A stretch of 64,000 nt of DNA from a virus. The stretch is taken from positions 1 through 64,000 of IMG/VR virus record IMGVR_UViG_3300035670_000060, one strand, 5' to 3'. Position 1 is the first letter of the stretch; each line of letters starts with the position of its first letter. The notes beneath the pieces are model-generated. The model was given only the letters and a program-made list of their open reading frames with translations, had not been told where the DNA came from and did not search any database. Of this stretch, positions 1 through 8,496 are shown piece after piece. Made by a program: the position numbers and the translations under genes.

Positions 1-51
1 AAAATCTTCATCTAGCAGTAGATGTTTAAGTATCTTGCTTTCGATCCGCAT
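1..51 (-). CDS. gp41: Replicative DNA helicase gp41, N-terminal fragment (runs off the window)
   Basis: ATG at 51 reads [17 protein letters not shown], typical of the gp41 N-terminus; T4 synteny uvsX-(40)-41. Confidence 0.6.
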   Translation of the reverse strand, partial: MRIESKILKHLLLDEDF

Positions 52-331
52 TCTCTTTTTCTTTCTCAATTTGTGATTCAAGAATTGATAATACTACATC
101 ACCCATCATCTTGTCAAAGTCTTTTTTATCCGATTCATTGAGAGTTTTTTCATAATCACCGATTGTATTGTACTCAAAATGAAGTATCGCTTCTTCACCA
201 GTTTCTTCTACATTCATTACGCCAAAATAAAATTTAACACCATCATGTATACCACTAATCAATTCTAAAACTGCGGTATTGGCTACGGTATGATCATAGT
301 CGGTAACTCGATAGTCAACATTAATCTTCAT
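26..331 (-). CDS. Hypothetical protein, possibly gp40-like by position
   Basis: ORF 26..397; likely start is the ATG at 331 overlapping the uvsX end; lies between uvsX and gp41 as T4 gene 40 does. Confidence 0.5.
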   Translation of the reverse strand: MKINVDYRVTDYDHTVANTAVLELISGIHDGVKFYFGVMNVEETGEEAILHFEYNTIGDYEKTLNESDKKDFDKMMGDVVLSILESQIEKEKENADRKQDT

Positions 332-1373
332 GCTCTTCTTCCTCAGGTGGTTGTTCAAATTGGCCATACAAGAATTCTTTCTTGCATACTTCATCAATCA
401 TATCCAGGAGTTCTTTCGTCCAGTATTTTTCAGGGTTGTCATTGATTGATTTACCAAAGACTTTTGTGCCGTCTGGTAATTCATATCGTGTGGATACTTT
501 CTTGATAATGTTATACTTTTCTGCAATGTCAAGAAGCCCGTAGTATCGATCCAACCCTTTGTCATAGGTAATTTTGACTTCCACATCTTTATTCTCCTTA
601 GTCAATCGGCTTTTATACAACCTAGCCTTTACAATGTTACCAATCACTTCAGTTCCATCTTTCTCTTTTTTCTTTGAAAGATATACAATCGTCGATGCGG
701 TATACTTTAGACCAGAACCACCAGACATTTCTTTAGTTGGTACATAAGCACCAACAACATCATACACATGATTTGTTACAATTAATGGTACGTTAATTTT
801 AGCAAGTTTCAAATTCAGTACACGAAATGTAGCCTTAATCAATTGTGATTTAGTCATGTCTCGTGTTTCTTTACCCTCCGAACTATCTTCCATTTCTTTG
901 GTTGAAGATAATTGGCCTTGAGAATCAAGCACCATCATCATCGGTTTACGTTTATCTTTTGATTGCGCTGCATACTTATCAATGATTTGCAATGCGGTAT
1001 GCCTAAACTTTTGAATGGTATCTGGTTCTGATATGACGATTCGTTTGGTATCAATGCCTCTTGATTCCATCATATGTTTTGTAACTGCTGCTTCAGTGTC
1101 AAAGTAAATCACACCACCTTCTGGATTATCATCAAGAAACTGTTTGACTACACCTAAAACAAAGAATGTTTTACCTGTCGCTGATTCACCAGCAAATGCT
1201 GTTACTTTGTTATTAGGTACGCCGCCATATATACTGCCGCTGAGTAGACCATTAAGTGCATAAGACCCGGTGTCGATGCAACCCGTATACTCAGCACTAG
1301 CACCTCCATCAGCAAGAATTTTAGTGTCTTCATCTTTCAACTGCTCCACTAACGTTGTAAAAAAATTACTCAT
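321..1373 (-). CDS. uvsX: RecA-like recombinase UvsX
   Basis: Walker [29 protein letters not shown] motifs. Confidence 0.95.
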   Translation of the reverse strand: MSNFFTTLVEQLKDEDTKILADGGASAEYTGCIDTGSYALNGLLSGSIYGGVPNNKVTAFAGESATGKTFFVLGVVKQFLDDNPEGGVIYFDTEAAVTKHMMESRGIDTKRIVISEPDTIQKFRHTALQIIDKYAAQSKDKRKPMMMVLDSQGQLSSTKEMEDSSEGKETRDMTKSQLIKATFRVLNLKLAKINVPLIVTNHVYDVVGAYVPTKEMSGGSGLKYTASTIVYLSKKKEKDGTEVIGNIVKARLYKSRLTKENKDVEVKITYDKGLDRYYGLLDIAEKYNIIKKVSTRYELPDGTKVFGKSINDNPEKYWTKELLDMIDEVCKKEFLYGQFEQPPEEEEHED

Positions 1374-1375
1374 AA

Positions 1376-2116
1376 CTAATCTCCAAATTTTGTAACATTC
1401 TTTAGTTGATTTTCATCCATTGCTATGGGTTCAATTGTTGTCACACCAGCGTTGGTAATTCTCAATGTGTGATTTGCAGCAATCAATAGCAGAATGGCTA
1501 AAGGATCAAATACACATATTAACATAATAATGATCCACTGTACAGATTTTTCTATCGTATCGAAATCATTCTTATCATATATCAATTCAGCAACATATCG
1601 AATTGCACCAATTTCAGCATTACCTTTATTCTTGGCTTCACGAAGTGGTAAAATCTCTTTCGTTAAGGTTTCAATCTTGTTTTGCGACTCAGTGATCTGT
1701 CTTTCCAATTTTTGGTTGGGTTGAGCATATCCTTCAGATTGCTTGAGTAAAATCGCCAATCGATTTTTTTCGATAGATAATCGTTCGTTAAGGCTATCGA
1801 TTCTGGTAGTGTTCGTAACATAGTCCACACCGGAACCAGAATGAGACTGAGACAAATAGCCAAAAATACCAAGACTAGTAATAATACTGAGAATGATAAC
1901 AGTAGCAGTGAAGTAAATCCGCATAGTAAGGTGAATACTGTGCCAATACCGATAGAGAAAAGACGCAGTGACAAGTTTGCCAATTTCAAGTGAGCCTCCC
2001 ATAATTGCAATTGCGATTGGACTTGCTGTAAAGATTGATATCAATCCTACAATAGAAAAGTATGCTGCAACCGCTGATATACCTACAGCGGTAAAAAATA
2101 GAAGAAGTGTGAACAT
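1376..2116 (-). CDS. Membrane protein with central coiled coil, function unknown
   Basis: Several hydrophobic segments flanking a heptad-rich region; FDPLAILLL motif near the C-terminus. Confidence 0.7.
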   Translation of the reverse strand: MFTLLLFFTAVGISAVAAYFSIVGLISIFTASPIAIAIMGGSLEIGKLVTASFLYRYWHSIHLTMRIYFTATVIILSIITSLGIFGYLSQSHSGSGVDYVTNTTRIDSLNERLSIEKNRLAILLKQSEGYAQPNQKLERQITESQNKIETLTKEILPLREAKNKGNAEIGAIRYVAELIYDKNDFDTIEKSVQWIIIMLICVFDPLAILLLIAANHTLRITNAGVTTIEPIAMDENQLKNVTKFGD

Positions 2117-2514
2117 TATCGTGTCAGTGATAACACACGGTCAATTTGTTCTTGAATTTTTTCTTTTCGATTTGGCCAATAGATATATTCTTTATCAGGA
2201 TTCTTCATGAGATTAACCAACAAAGGCATGATAAGTTTTTCAAGTTCATTTAGTCTACTCTTAACATCATCTTGCATTTGCTTTCGTTCAGCATCAAGCC
2301 CTAATTTACCATCATTGTATAATGATAAAATTTGATCCATCTTCGCTTCAATTCTTGCAACTGTTTCATTTGATGTTGATACAGCTTCACGTATGACTGT
2401 AGTTTCTAAAGTATTTGGATCGGTGATTTGCTTAACTTCACTTTCATCTACTGCACTAAAACCAAAATCTTCCGATGTTCTAATTCCTAGATACTCTTGT
2501 GGTATGGTACTCAT
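2116..2514 (-). CDS. Conserved hypothetical T4-like phage protein
   Basis: DFGFSAVDE and PLLVNLMKNPDKEYIYWPNR motifs; coupled to the gp43B stop. Confidence 0.7.
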   Translation of the reverse strand: MSTIPQEYLGIRTSEDFGFSAVDESEVKQITDPNTLETTVIREAVSTSNETVARIEAKMDQILSLYNDGKLGLDAERKQMQDDVKSRLNELEKLIMPLLVNLMKNPDKEYIYWPNRKEKIQEQIDRVLSLTR

Positions 2515-3596
2515 GCGAAAAAACTCTCCAATGTCGCAACTGGTTCTGTGTTCCAGTTAATAGTTGAAATAACATTACGCAATGGTTCAACAAATGTTTT
2601 ATCAAACTGCGTATCATAATCAATATAAATTTCAAAACCAAATTCTTTGGGAAGTACCGTCGGAATCGACAGCACATTCTCTTGAAATGGATTAGGCGTT
2701 TTCATGTAGCAGAATTTAATCTTTTCACCTTCTTTGATTGTTTGATACTTCTTTGTCAGTTTGTGCTTTTCTAACAAATGATTATAGACAAGTGCGCCAC
2801 GAACATGAATTGGTGTTCCTTTTACATAAAGATCCTTTGCGTCACGATATTTAGTTAGACCAGAAACACCTCTAGGAAATGCAACATCTTCAAATGATAG
2901 TGAATGAAACTCAGTTCTAAAGTTTGCAATGTAGTCTTGCAATTCGGATTCATCACCTTTCATTACAATCTTTAGAGCGTCTTTAATTTTATCACGGCAC
3001 ACAGCGGGCGTTGAAGACTTGACTGCTTCAATACCCAGGATCTTCATTTTTGGTTCAGCAAAGCGAACACCTTCAGAATCGTAGACGTTTAGAATGTAAT
3101 GCTTCTTACCAGTCCAGATACCTTTGTCTGCAATGACTTCACGCTTCATTTGCATTTTCTGGTCAAATGCATTCATATAATTTTTAAGTTCTTCGTATGA
3201 TTTATCTATGAAGGGTTCAATCTTCGCATCACACGCACGATTTAACAAGTCAACAATTTCATTTGTTGATTTATCTGGCCATACTTTTTCAACAAGAGGA
3301 CCAAGATTGAGATATATTGAATCTGTGTCGGCTGCTATGACGTAATCTATACCATTTGTTTTCAACAGTTTATTCATAAACTCGTTAAGTTTATTTTCTA
3401 TCCATCGAATAGACAATTGACCTGATAGCGTAATAGCTTCGGCTTGACGAATATCAAAAAATCGAAAGTATTGATTACCAAGGGCACCGTAAGCGGAGTT
3501 CAGTTGCACTTTTTTCGCTAACTGTAGATTTTTATACTTTGATATATTTTTGATCAGTTCTTCTTTTCGCTTTAGAAGTTGCTCTTTTTCAGACAT
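2511..3596 (-). CDS. gp43: Family B DNA polymerase, C-terminal subunit (gp43B: second fingers helix, palm, thumb)
   Basis: KVQLNSAYG (motif B), ADTDS (motif C), KKHY, C-terminal clamp-binding-like ATLESFFA; likely start ATG 3596 (MSEKEQ). Confidence 0.93.
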   Translation of the reverse strand: MSEKEQLLKRKEELIKNISKYKNLQLAKKVQLNSAYGALGNQYFRFFDIRQAEAITLSGQLSIRWIENKLNEFMNKLLKTNGIDYVIAADTDSIYLNLGPLVEKVWPDKSTNEIVDLLNRACDAKIEPFIDKSYEELKNYMNAFDQKMQMKREVIADKGIWTGKKHYILNVYDSEGVRFAEPKMKILGIEAVKSSTPAVCRDKIKDALKIVMKGDESELQDYIANFRTEFHSLSFEDVAFPRGVSGLTKYRDAKDLYVKGTPIHVRGALVYNHLLEKHKLTKKYQTIKEGEKIKFCYMKTPNPFQENVLSIPTVLPKEFGFEIYIDYDTQFDKTFVEPLRNVISTINWNTEPVATLESFFA

Positions 3597-4101
3597 AATG
3601 GAAGTATGTGCTTGCAATGTATTTTGGTTTAGATGTTGGCTTGAGACCTTCATGTGGCAAAAACCACATTGGAGGAAACACTAGTATATTACCACACTCA
3701 GCATTAAAAGTCAATACTTCATCTTCTGGTAAGTAGAATTTGGTACCAGCTTCATTATCATTTAAGTAAATTAGAAATGAAAGATATCGAGTACAGGTTT
3801 CCATACCGGCAACATCAACATGCAAAGGAAATGAATGTATATTTGGTGTATAACGTTTAATTCTGATACCTTCTATTCTACGTTTTTTTGGTAATAAAGA
3901 AAATTTATCGTAAATAGAACAGTAATGATTTGCTAAGTCTTTACATATACCAATGATATCAGCAGACTCTTTTTCCCAGTGAACAATCTCTAACTGGTCA
4001 AACATATCATAACTTTTATCAAGTTCTTTTTCTGATTCGAACTTATCGATTAGATAGTCACAGAAATACTGTGGTAAAATTTTTTCGTATAACTGAATCA
4101 T
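3589..4101 (-). CDS. 2OG-Fe(II) oxygenase (prolyl-hydroxylase-like fold)
   Basis: HxD (HVD) plus distal H (LPHEG), LIYLND, GTKF, VFPP and KY motifs. Confidence 0.85.
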   Translation of the reverse strand: MIQLYEKILPQYFCDYLIDKFESEKELDKSYDMFDQLEIVHWEKESADIIGICKDLANHYCSIYDKFSLLPKKRRIEGIRIKRYTPNIHSFPLHVDVAGMETCTRYLSFLIYLNDNEAGTKFYLPEDEVLTFNAECGNILVFPPMWFLPHEGLKPTSKPKYIASTYFHYV

Positions 4102-5537
4102 AGAGCATTCAACTTTTCATTTATTAGTTCAAGTTCTTTTTGACATTCAATCATAAGTCTTTTATACTTAGACCTATCATTATACATTGTTTCCATCATT
4201 TCAGGTAAAAAGCCCTGTGCATCTCTTCGAAATAAATGACCGTTTGCAGCCATGCAATGTTCACCATGATAAGTTTTTTCATGATTCAATAAATTATCAA
4301 CAGTTATATTATAATGTTCACCATCAATGATAGTATCTGGGCTGATGTTGTATTGCATAATCAAATGTGGATATAGACTGTTTAAATCAAACGAAACAAC
4401 CCAGTCATACATACCAACAATTGGTTCTTTTACATAACCGCCAGCATACTGTGCGTCTTTACTTGTATTAACCTTTTGTGGTACAACAATCTTTTTATCC
4501 ATCAGATGGTTATGTATCAACGTATCCCACATTCGTACCTGAGTAAATACATCCGTGATATTTACTTTTGCGTCATATGCAAGAGCCAATACCATTTCAA
4601 TTAACTTCATCTTATCTTCAAGTCTATCAACTAATTCAACATCTTTGATGTTGTATTCAATAAACTTTTGATGATTTAATTTATATAACTGATGGAGACT
4701 CTCGTACTCGGAGTAGTCAAGTTTCTTTTCACCAAGTTCAACATTAGCAATATGATCAAGTCTGTACGCTTCTTGTTGCGAATATGTAAATTTCCTGTAC
4801 ATCTCTAAGTAATCAAGCGTAGCAATACCTGTGAGTTCAAATACGGTTTGTGATTTGCCTGAAATGGTTGTAGTTCTTTCACCAATAAGTTTCCATGGTG
4901 AAAGTCTTTTTGCAGTTGCTTCACCAAACAATCGATATATTCTATTGTACAAATATGGTATGTCAAAGAATTGAATATTCCAGCCTGTAATGATATCTGG
5001 TGCAGTCATCTCCCATTCTTCGAGAAAGCGAAGAACCAATGATGATTCGTCTTTACATTTTTGATACCATACATCATCACGACGATTATTAAAATCACCT
5101 AAACCAAATACTTGAATTTTATTATCGCATTTGAACGTAATAGCCGTGATCGGTTCAACAGCATCAGCTGGTTCAGGAAAACCATTCTCTGAGCCAACTT
5201 CAATATCAATGTTTGCAATTTTAATTAGGGATGGATCATAGTCTACTTTACCAGGATAAGTTTCATTGATATAAGCGTAAGCATACTGTGTAGTGCCGTA
5301 AACTTTGAAGTTTTTAACCTCTTCATACTTACTTATAAATTCAGCAGCATCACGCATGGTACCTTGCTTCACAGGTGAAACAAAGTAGCCCTCAATGGTA
5401 CGATAATCAGTTTTGGTTCGTGATGGTATGTAAAGTGTTGGATTGTATTCAATTTTATCTTTGAATCGTTTACCATTCTCATAACCACGAACAAGAATCT
5501 GATTACCGTGTCTTGCAAAGTTTGTATAGAATTTCAT
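4098..5537 (-). CDS. gp43: Family B DNA polymerase, N-terminal subunit (gp43A: exonuclease, motif A, first fingers helix)
   Basis: DIEV (ExoI), GWNIQFFDIPY (ExoII), YNIKDV (ExoIII), SFDLNSLYPH (motif A). Confidence 0.95.
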   Translation of the reverse strand: MKFYTNFARHGNQILVRGYENGKRFKDKIEYNPTLYIPSRTKTDYRTIEGYFVSPVKQGTMRDAAEFISKYEEVKNFKVYGTTQYAYAYINETYPGKVDYDPSLIKIANIDIEVGSENGFPEPADAVEPITAITFKCDNKIQVFGLGDFNNRRDDVWYQKCKDESSLVLRFLEEWEMTAPDIITGWNIQFFDIPYLYNRIYRLFGEATAKRLSPWKLIGERTTTISGKSQTVFELTGIATLDYLEMYRKFTYSQQEAYRLDHIANVELGEKKLDYSEYESLHQLYKLNHQKFIEYNIKDVELVDRLEDKMKLIEMVLALAYDAKVNITDVFTQVRMWDTLIHNHLMDKKIVVPQKVNTSKDAQYAGGYVKEPIVGMYDWVVSFDLNSLYPHLIMQYNISPDTIIDGEHYNITVDNLLNHEKTYHGEHCMAANGHLFRRDAQGFLPEMMETMYNDRSKYKRLMIECQKELELINEKLNAL

Positions 5538-5833
5538 TATGTTATCAATTTACCTTGTGCAACCACTATTCCTGAACCATAAATCTCATTATACTTGTTT
5601 TGGATATCAATTGCAACACTCACATCAAATATAACATGTTGTCGGTTTATTTTTACAATCTTTTGTTCAGAAAAAAACAGCATTGGTTGCATGTTCAATG
5701 CAGGCTTACCAGATTGTGTCATAGCAAGCCCAAGCGTACATGGATTTTCTATCGTATAATGGTTTGCATCTTCACTTGTAATGTCGCCAACAACTTCTTC
5801 ACCCGTTAATAATCTTAGAATTCTGAGGGCCAT
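5537..5833 (-). CDS. Conserved small T4-like phage protein upstream of the polymerase
   Basis: LRLLTGEEVVG...YNEIYGSGIVV; stop/start coupled to gp43A. Confidence 0.7.
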   Translation of the reverse strand: MALRILRLLTGEEVVGDITSEDANHYTIENPCTLGLAMTQSGKPALNMQPMLFFSEQKIVKINRQHVIFDVSVAIDIQNKYNEIYGSGIVVAQGKLIT

Positions 5834-6011
5834 GATGTTTTCCTTCCGTCAAATAAATTTGGTCTTTTACTTTGAGTTTTTTCTTTTTGAGTTCACTGAT
5901 TGCTTCATAATATTTTTGAGGATCCATTTCAAGAATGGATATTGCTTTATCTAATTGTAAATGCTCATTGCGGAGATGCTCAAGGTATTCGTCATATTGC
6001 TGCTGTGTCAT
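5799..6011 (-). CDS. Small coiled-coil protein, DUF465/YdcH-like
   Basis: HLQLDKAI...ELKKKKLKVKDQI pattern. Confidence 0.6.
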   Translation of the reverse strand: MTQQQYDEYLEHLRNEHLQLDKAISILEMDPQKYYEAISELKKKKLKVKDQIYLTEGKHHGPQNSKIING

Positions 6012-6051
6012 ATCAGTCTCCTCTGGTGGTTAATGACAACAGTATGTATAA

Positions 6052-6070
6052 CAAAGGGCCCGAAGGCCCT
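6052..6070 (-). terminator. Rho-independent terminator with UUCG tetraloop
   Basis: Minus strand AGGGCC-TTCG-GGCCCT-TTGTT; C(UUCG)G hairpins are typical of T4-like phages. Confidence 0.75.
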
Positions 6071-6076
6071 CTGAAA

Positions 6077-6196
6077 TCACTTCATCATAATTTCTTTAGC
6101 TTCTTTGATTCTACCATATCTTGTAGCGATTGCTGCTGCTCTTGCTTCACCGATAAGTTCAAGCCAAGATATAAATTTGTGCCAATATTGTTTCAT
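6077..6196 (-). CDS. Small protein, 39 aa (not in ORF track)
   Basis: MKQYWHKFISWLELIGEARAAAIATRYGRIKEAKEIMMK; ATGA overlap with the upstream small ORF, GAGGT RBS, followed by a terminator. Confidence 0.6.
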   Translation of the reverse strand: MKQYWHKFISWLELIGEARAAAIATRYGRIKEAKEIMMK

Positions 6197-6333
6197 AGCA
6201 CACCTCTATGCTTGAGTTGATTTTCTCTGTAAGCAAAGTCTGCTCTATCTACAGATTTAGCTAAGTATGATTCGATATAGTTTCTGGATGCCTTCACAAA
6301 GTAGTCACTGATGATCTTAAAGATTGGTATCAT
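6193..6333 (-). CDS. Small protein, 46 aa, DUF3563-like (not in ORF track)
   Basis: MIPIFKIISDYFVKASRNYIESYLAKSVDRADFAYRENQLKHRGVL; YLAxSxDxxD..R pattern; overlaps the hsp20 end. Confidence 0.55.
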   Translation of the reverse strand: MIPIFKIISDYFVKASRNYIESYLAKSVDRADFAYRENQLKHRGVL

Positions 6334-6805
6334 TTTCACTCAAAAATTGTCTTTTTGAAGTTTTAGATTCACCGTTCTTTACTTCAATCTTGCGAGGCTT
6401 CTTATGCTCAGGAATAATTCTGTCTAGAGCAATTTTCAACATACCGTTAACCATTTCAGCATTATCGATAACAATCTGATCATCAAGTGCAAAAGTGCGT
6501 GTGAATGCACGATTAGCAATTCCCTTGAACAGGAAATTATCTGTATCGTCATGCGTTTTGCCTGATACGATTAGTTTATTATCTTCAAATGTGATTTCAA
6601 CATCGGAAGTGGAGAAACCTGCAATTGCAAGTTCGATAACGTATTTGTTATCGTCTACTTTGCGAATGTTGTATGGAGGATAGTTTGGAATGTTTTTTGT
6701 GATATCATCATGTAATTTTGACAGCCTATTGTAAGTGTCATCAAAGCCGACAAAGAATTTATCGAAGTCTTTAAATGCGGCTGGTAGTTGTGGTACAAAT
6801 GTCAT
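6317..6805 (-). CDS. hsp20: Small heat shock protein (Hsp20/IbpA-like)
   Basis: NYPPYNI, ELAIAGF, GIANRAFTRTF, NGML alpha-crystallin motifs. Confidence 0.95.
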   Translation of the reverse strand: MTFVPQLPAAFKDFDKFFVGFDDTYNRLSKLHDDITKNIPNYPPYNIRKVDDNKYVIELAIAGFSTSDVEITFEDNKLIVSGKTHDDTDNFLFKGIANRAFTRTFALDDQIVIDNAEMVNGMLKIALDRIIPEHKKPRKIEVKNGESKTSKRQFLSENDTNL

Positions 6806-6811
6806 ATCGTT

Positions 6812-6915
6812 CTCCTTTATTAAGCGAGGTTAAAAAATTGCCAACCCATAAGGCGTTGGCACCAGTGGATATTTGAATAGCCTTCACTGGCATGCTATTT
6901 CCCATCCCGATGGGA
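6812..6915 (-). promoter_or_regulatory. Structured hsp20 5' leader: ROSE-like RNA thermometer with upstream hairpins and a pseudoknot
   Basis: CUCGCUU-AAUA-AAGGAG pairs the SD with a bulged G (ROSE U(U/C)GCU motif); further stems at 6840-6860, 6862-6899 and 6900-6915. Confidence 0.7.
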
Positions 6916-6924
6916 TAAAACTAT

Positions 6925-7074
6925 TTAGAAAAATCTTTTAAGAATTTCGTTGGTTTGTTCTTGAATTTGTTTGTGCTGATCAATGATTTTTGCTTCTTGT
7001 TCAACAATTTCAGTTGCTTGATCGAATGCTGTCACTTCATCTGCGCTTGGTAGTTTATTTAAATCGATAGTCAT
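6925..7074 (-). CDS. Small hypothetical protein, 49 aa (not in ORF track)
   Basis: MTIDLNKLPSADEVTAFDQATEIVEQEAKIIDQHKQIQEQTNEILKRFF with AAGGA RBS. Confidence 0.55.
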   Translation of the reverse strand: MTIDLNKLPSADEVTAFDQATEIVEQEAKIIDQHKQIQEQTNEILKRFF

Positions 7075-7095
7075 AGTTCAATCCTTTTTAAAAAA

Positions 7096-7323
7096 TTATT
7101 TAAATGATGCTTTTTTGCGAGATACCAAATAAGTTGTATTGCCTCTCTTATTTGTTCCACGGCTAACAGTGAAACCTTCTTTTCTAATTTCACTCATGCG
7201 AGCACTTAGATTTTTTACACCAAAACGTGCTTCAGCTTGAGGACCAGAAATGGTCCTACCAGTGTCACACAAGTAAGAAATTAAAAGTTCTTTCTGACTC
7301 TTATCAGATTTTGTCATTGCCAT
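7096..7323 (-). CDS. Small winged-helix DNA-binding protein
   Basis: EARFGVKNLSARMSEIRKEGF helix-turn-helix pattern followed by a wing. Confidence 0.65.
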   Translation of the reverse strand: MAMTKSDKSQKELLISYLCDTGRTISGPQAEARFGVKNLSARMSEIRKEGFTVSRGTNKRGNTTYLVSRKKASFK

Positions 7324-7362
7324 ATTTAAATCTCCATCAAAATGAATAACGAATGCTAAAAA

Positions 7363-7620
7363 TTATTTTTTAGCTGCTGGTTCAGCGGGTTTTGCTTCCG
7401 CTGCTTTTTTAGCTTCAGCCTCTGCTTTGCGTTCTTCCGGACGCTTCACTTTTGGCTTTGCTTTCTCGTCAGCCTTAGCGTCTGCTTTAGGAGCATTCGC
7501 TTTTGCTGCTGGAGCCGGTGCTGCTGCAGGTGTCGCCGACGCTGCTGGCGCTTTTGGTGCATCTGCTGCAAAAACTGTAAAAGGGACTGCGAATAATAAA
7601 ACTGCTAATGCTTTCTTCAT
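7363..7620 (-). CDS. Exported Ala/Lys/Pro-rich low-complexity protein
   Basis: Signal peptide MKKALAVLLFAVPFTVFA-AD then APK-rich tail; AAGGAG RBS. Confidence 0.7.
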   Translation of the reverse strand: MKKALAVLLFAVPFTVFAADAPKAPAASATPAAAPAPAAKANAPKADAKADEKAKPKVKRPEERKAEAEAKKAAEAKPAEPAAKK

Positions 7621-7651
7621 TTAAGACTCCTTTTGTTTTGAATAGAGATAC

Positions 7652-7680
7652 AGTATCTCATACTATTTAACGCATGTCAA
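7652..7680 (-). promoter_or_regulatory. Putative sigma70-type promoter, with an overlapping late-like TTAAATA
   Basis: TTGACA-17 nt-GATACT upstream of the 7363..7620 gene. Confidence 0.45.
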
Positions 7681-7699
7681 GACATTTCGTTGACAGGAA

Positions 7700-8104
7700 T
7701 TAAGATATTTTTTTCTTACCTATGTTATACTTAGTAGTAAGTTGCCATTCATCACGTTCTTTATGTGAGATGATTTTGATTTGTGATAATGGTGCTGTGA
7801 TTTCTTTTGCTTGTTCATGCTTTACGATTTCAATAAGACCCCATTCTTCTAAAAGATTTGCTATAGTGTTTCTACGACCCATATCATTATCAGTAAAGTC
7901 GGTAGGTTTACCATCTAATGCAAATAATTCTTTAAAGTGTACCACATAATATTTACCTTTTTTGTGTAGGATATGGCAAGACTGATAAAGCGTTCTATCT
8001 TTTCTGGATGCTACACCAATTCGTGTAAGTGTTTCACGCACTTTAAGAAAATCGTCCTCTTGCTTAAGTCTCACCTCCAATAAATCATCGATGTTAACTG
8101 CCAT
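7700..8104 (-). CDS. regA: Translational repressor RegA
   Basis: DDFLKVRETLTRIGVAS, LYQSCHILHKKGKYYVVHFKELF. Confidence 0.97.
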   Translation of the reverse strand: MAVNIDDLLEVRLKQEDDFLKVRETLTRIGVASRKDRTLYQSCHILHKKGKYYVVHFKELFALDGKPTDFTDNDMGRRNTIANLLEEWGLIEIVKHEQAKEITAPLSQIKIISHKERDEWQLTTKYNIGKKKIS

Positions 8105-8105
8105 T

Positions 8106-8495
8106 TCATTTCTCCTTACTTTTCAAACCACCTTTTTCTAGTTTTAACTTCATCTGGTGAATTTGTTCTTCCGTGAAGAGATTCATTACATCTTTAGCCT
8201 TGGTGTAACTATATCCAAAGTATTGAGAAATCACTTCAACGGTGTCAATTTTTTCACTCTTTAACCATTTGCTATACCGCTTTTTTGGTCTGATGCTATT
8301 TAGTAAATAGAGAAATTGTGCCTTTGATTCTAGGAAATGATACCGATTCATCTCATTAGCATAGAGAATCGTATCAGGAAAGAATGACAGTCCACGATTG
8401 ACAATGAATGGTGCGTATGCTTTTTCGGATGGTTCATCAACAATCAGATTTTCTTTTGTCTGATTGATAGCATTAATAAAGTCAAATGGTGTCAT
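8106..8495 (-). CDS. gp62: Clamp loader small subunit gp62
   Basis: YAPFIVNRGLS, NEMN, YFGYS; synteny with regA. Confidence 0.92.
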   Translation of the reverse strand: MTPFDFINAINQTKENLIVDEPSEKAYAPFIVNRGLSFFPDTILYANEMNRYHFLESKAQFLYLLNSIRPKKRYSKWLKSEKIDTVEVISQYFGYSYTKAKDVMNLFTEEQIHQMKLKLEKGGLKSKEK

Positions 8496-8496
8496 G

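Noticed and set aside
3589-4101. Group I intron or intein interrupting gp43
   Set aside because: The gap is fully occupied by an oxygenase ORF overlapping both halves; no intron core space, no intein C/S...HN motifs, no homing nuclease motifs
3589-4101. TET/JBP-type DNA dioxygenase partner for the TAGT-like gene
   Set aside because: Motifs fit the prolyl-hydroxylase-like phage 2OG family rather than TET/JBP; only a profile search could overturn this
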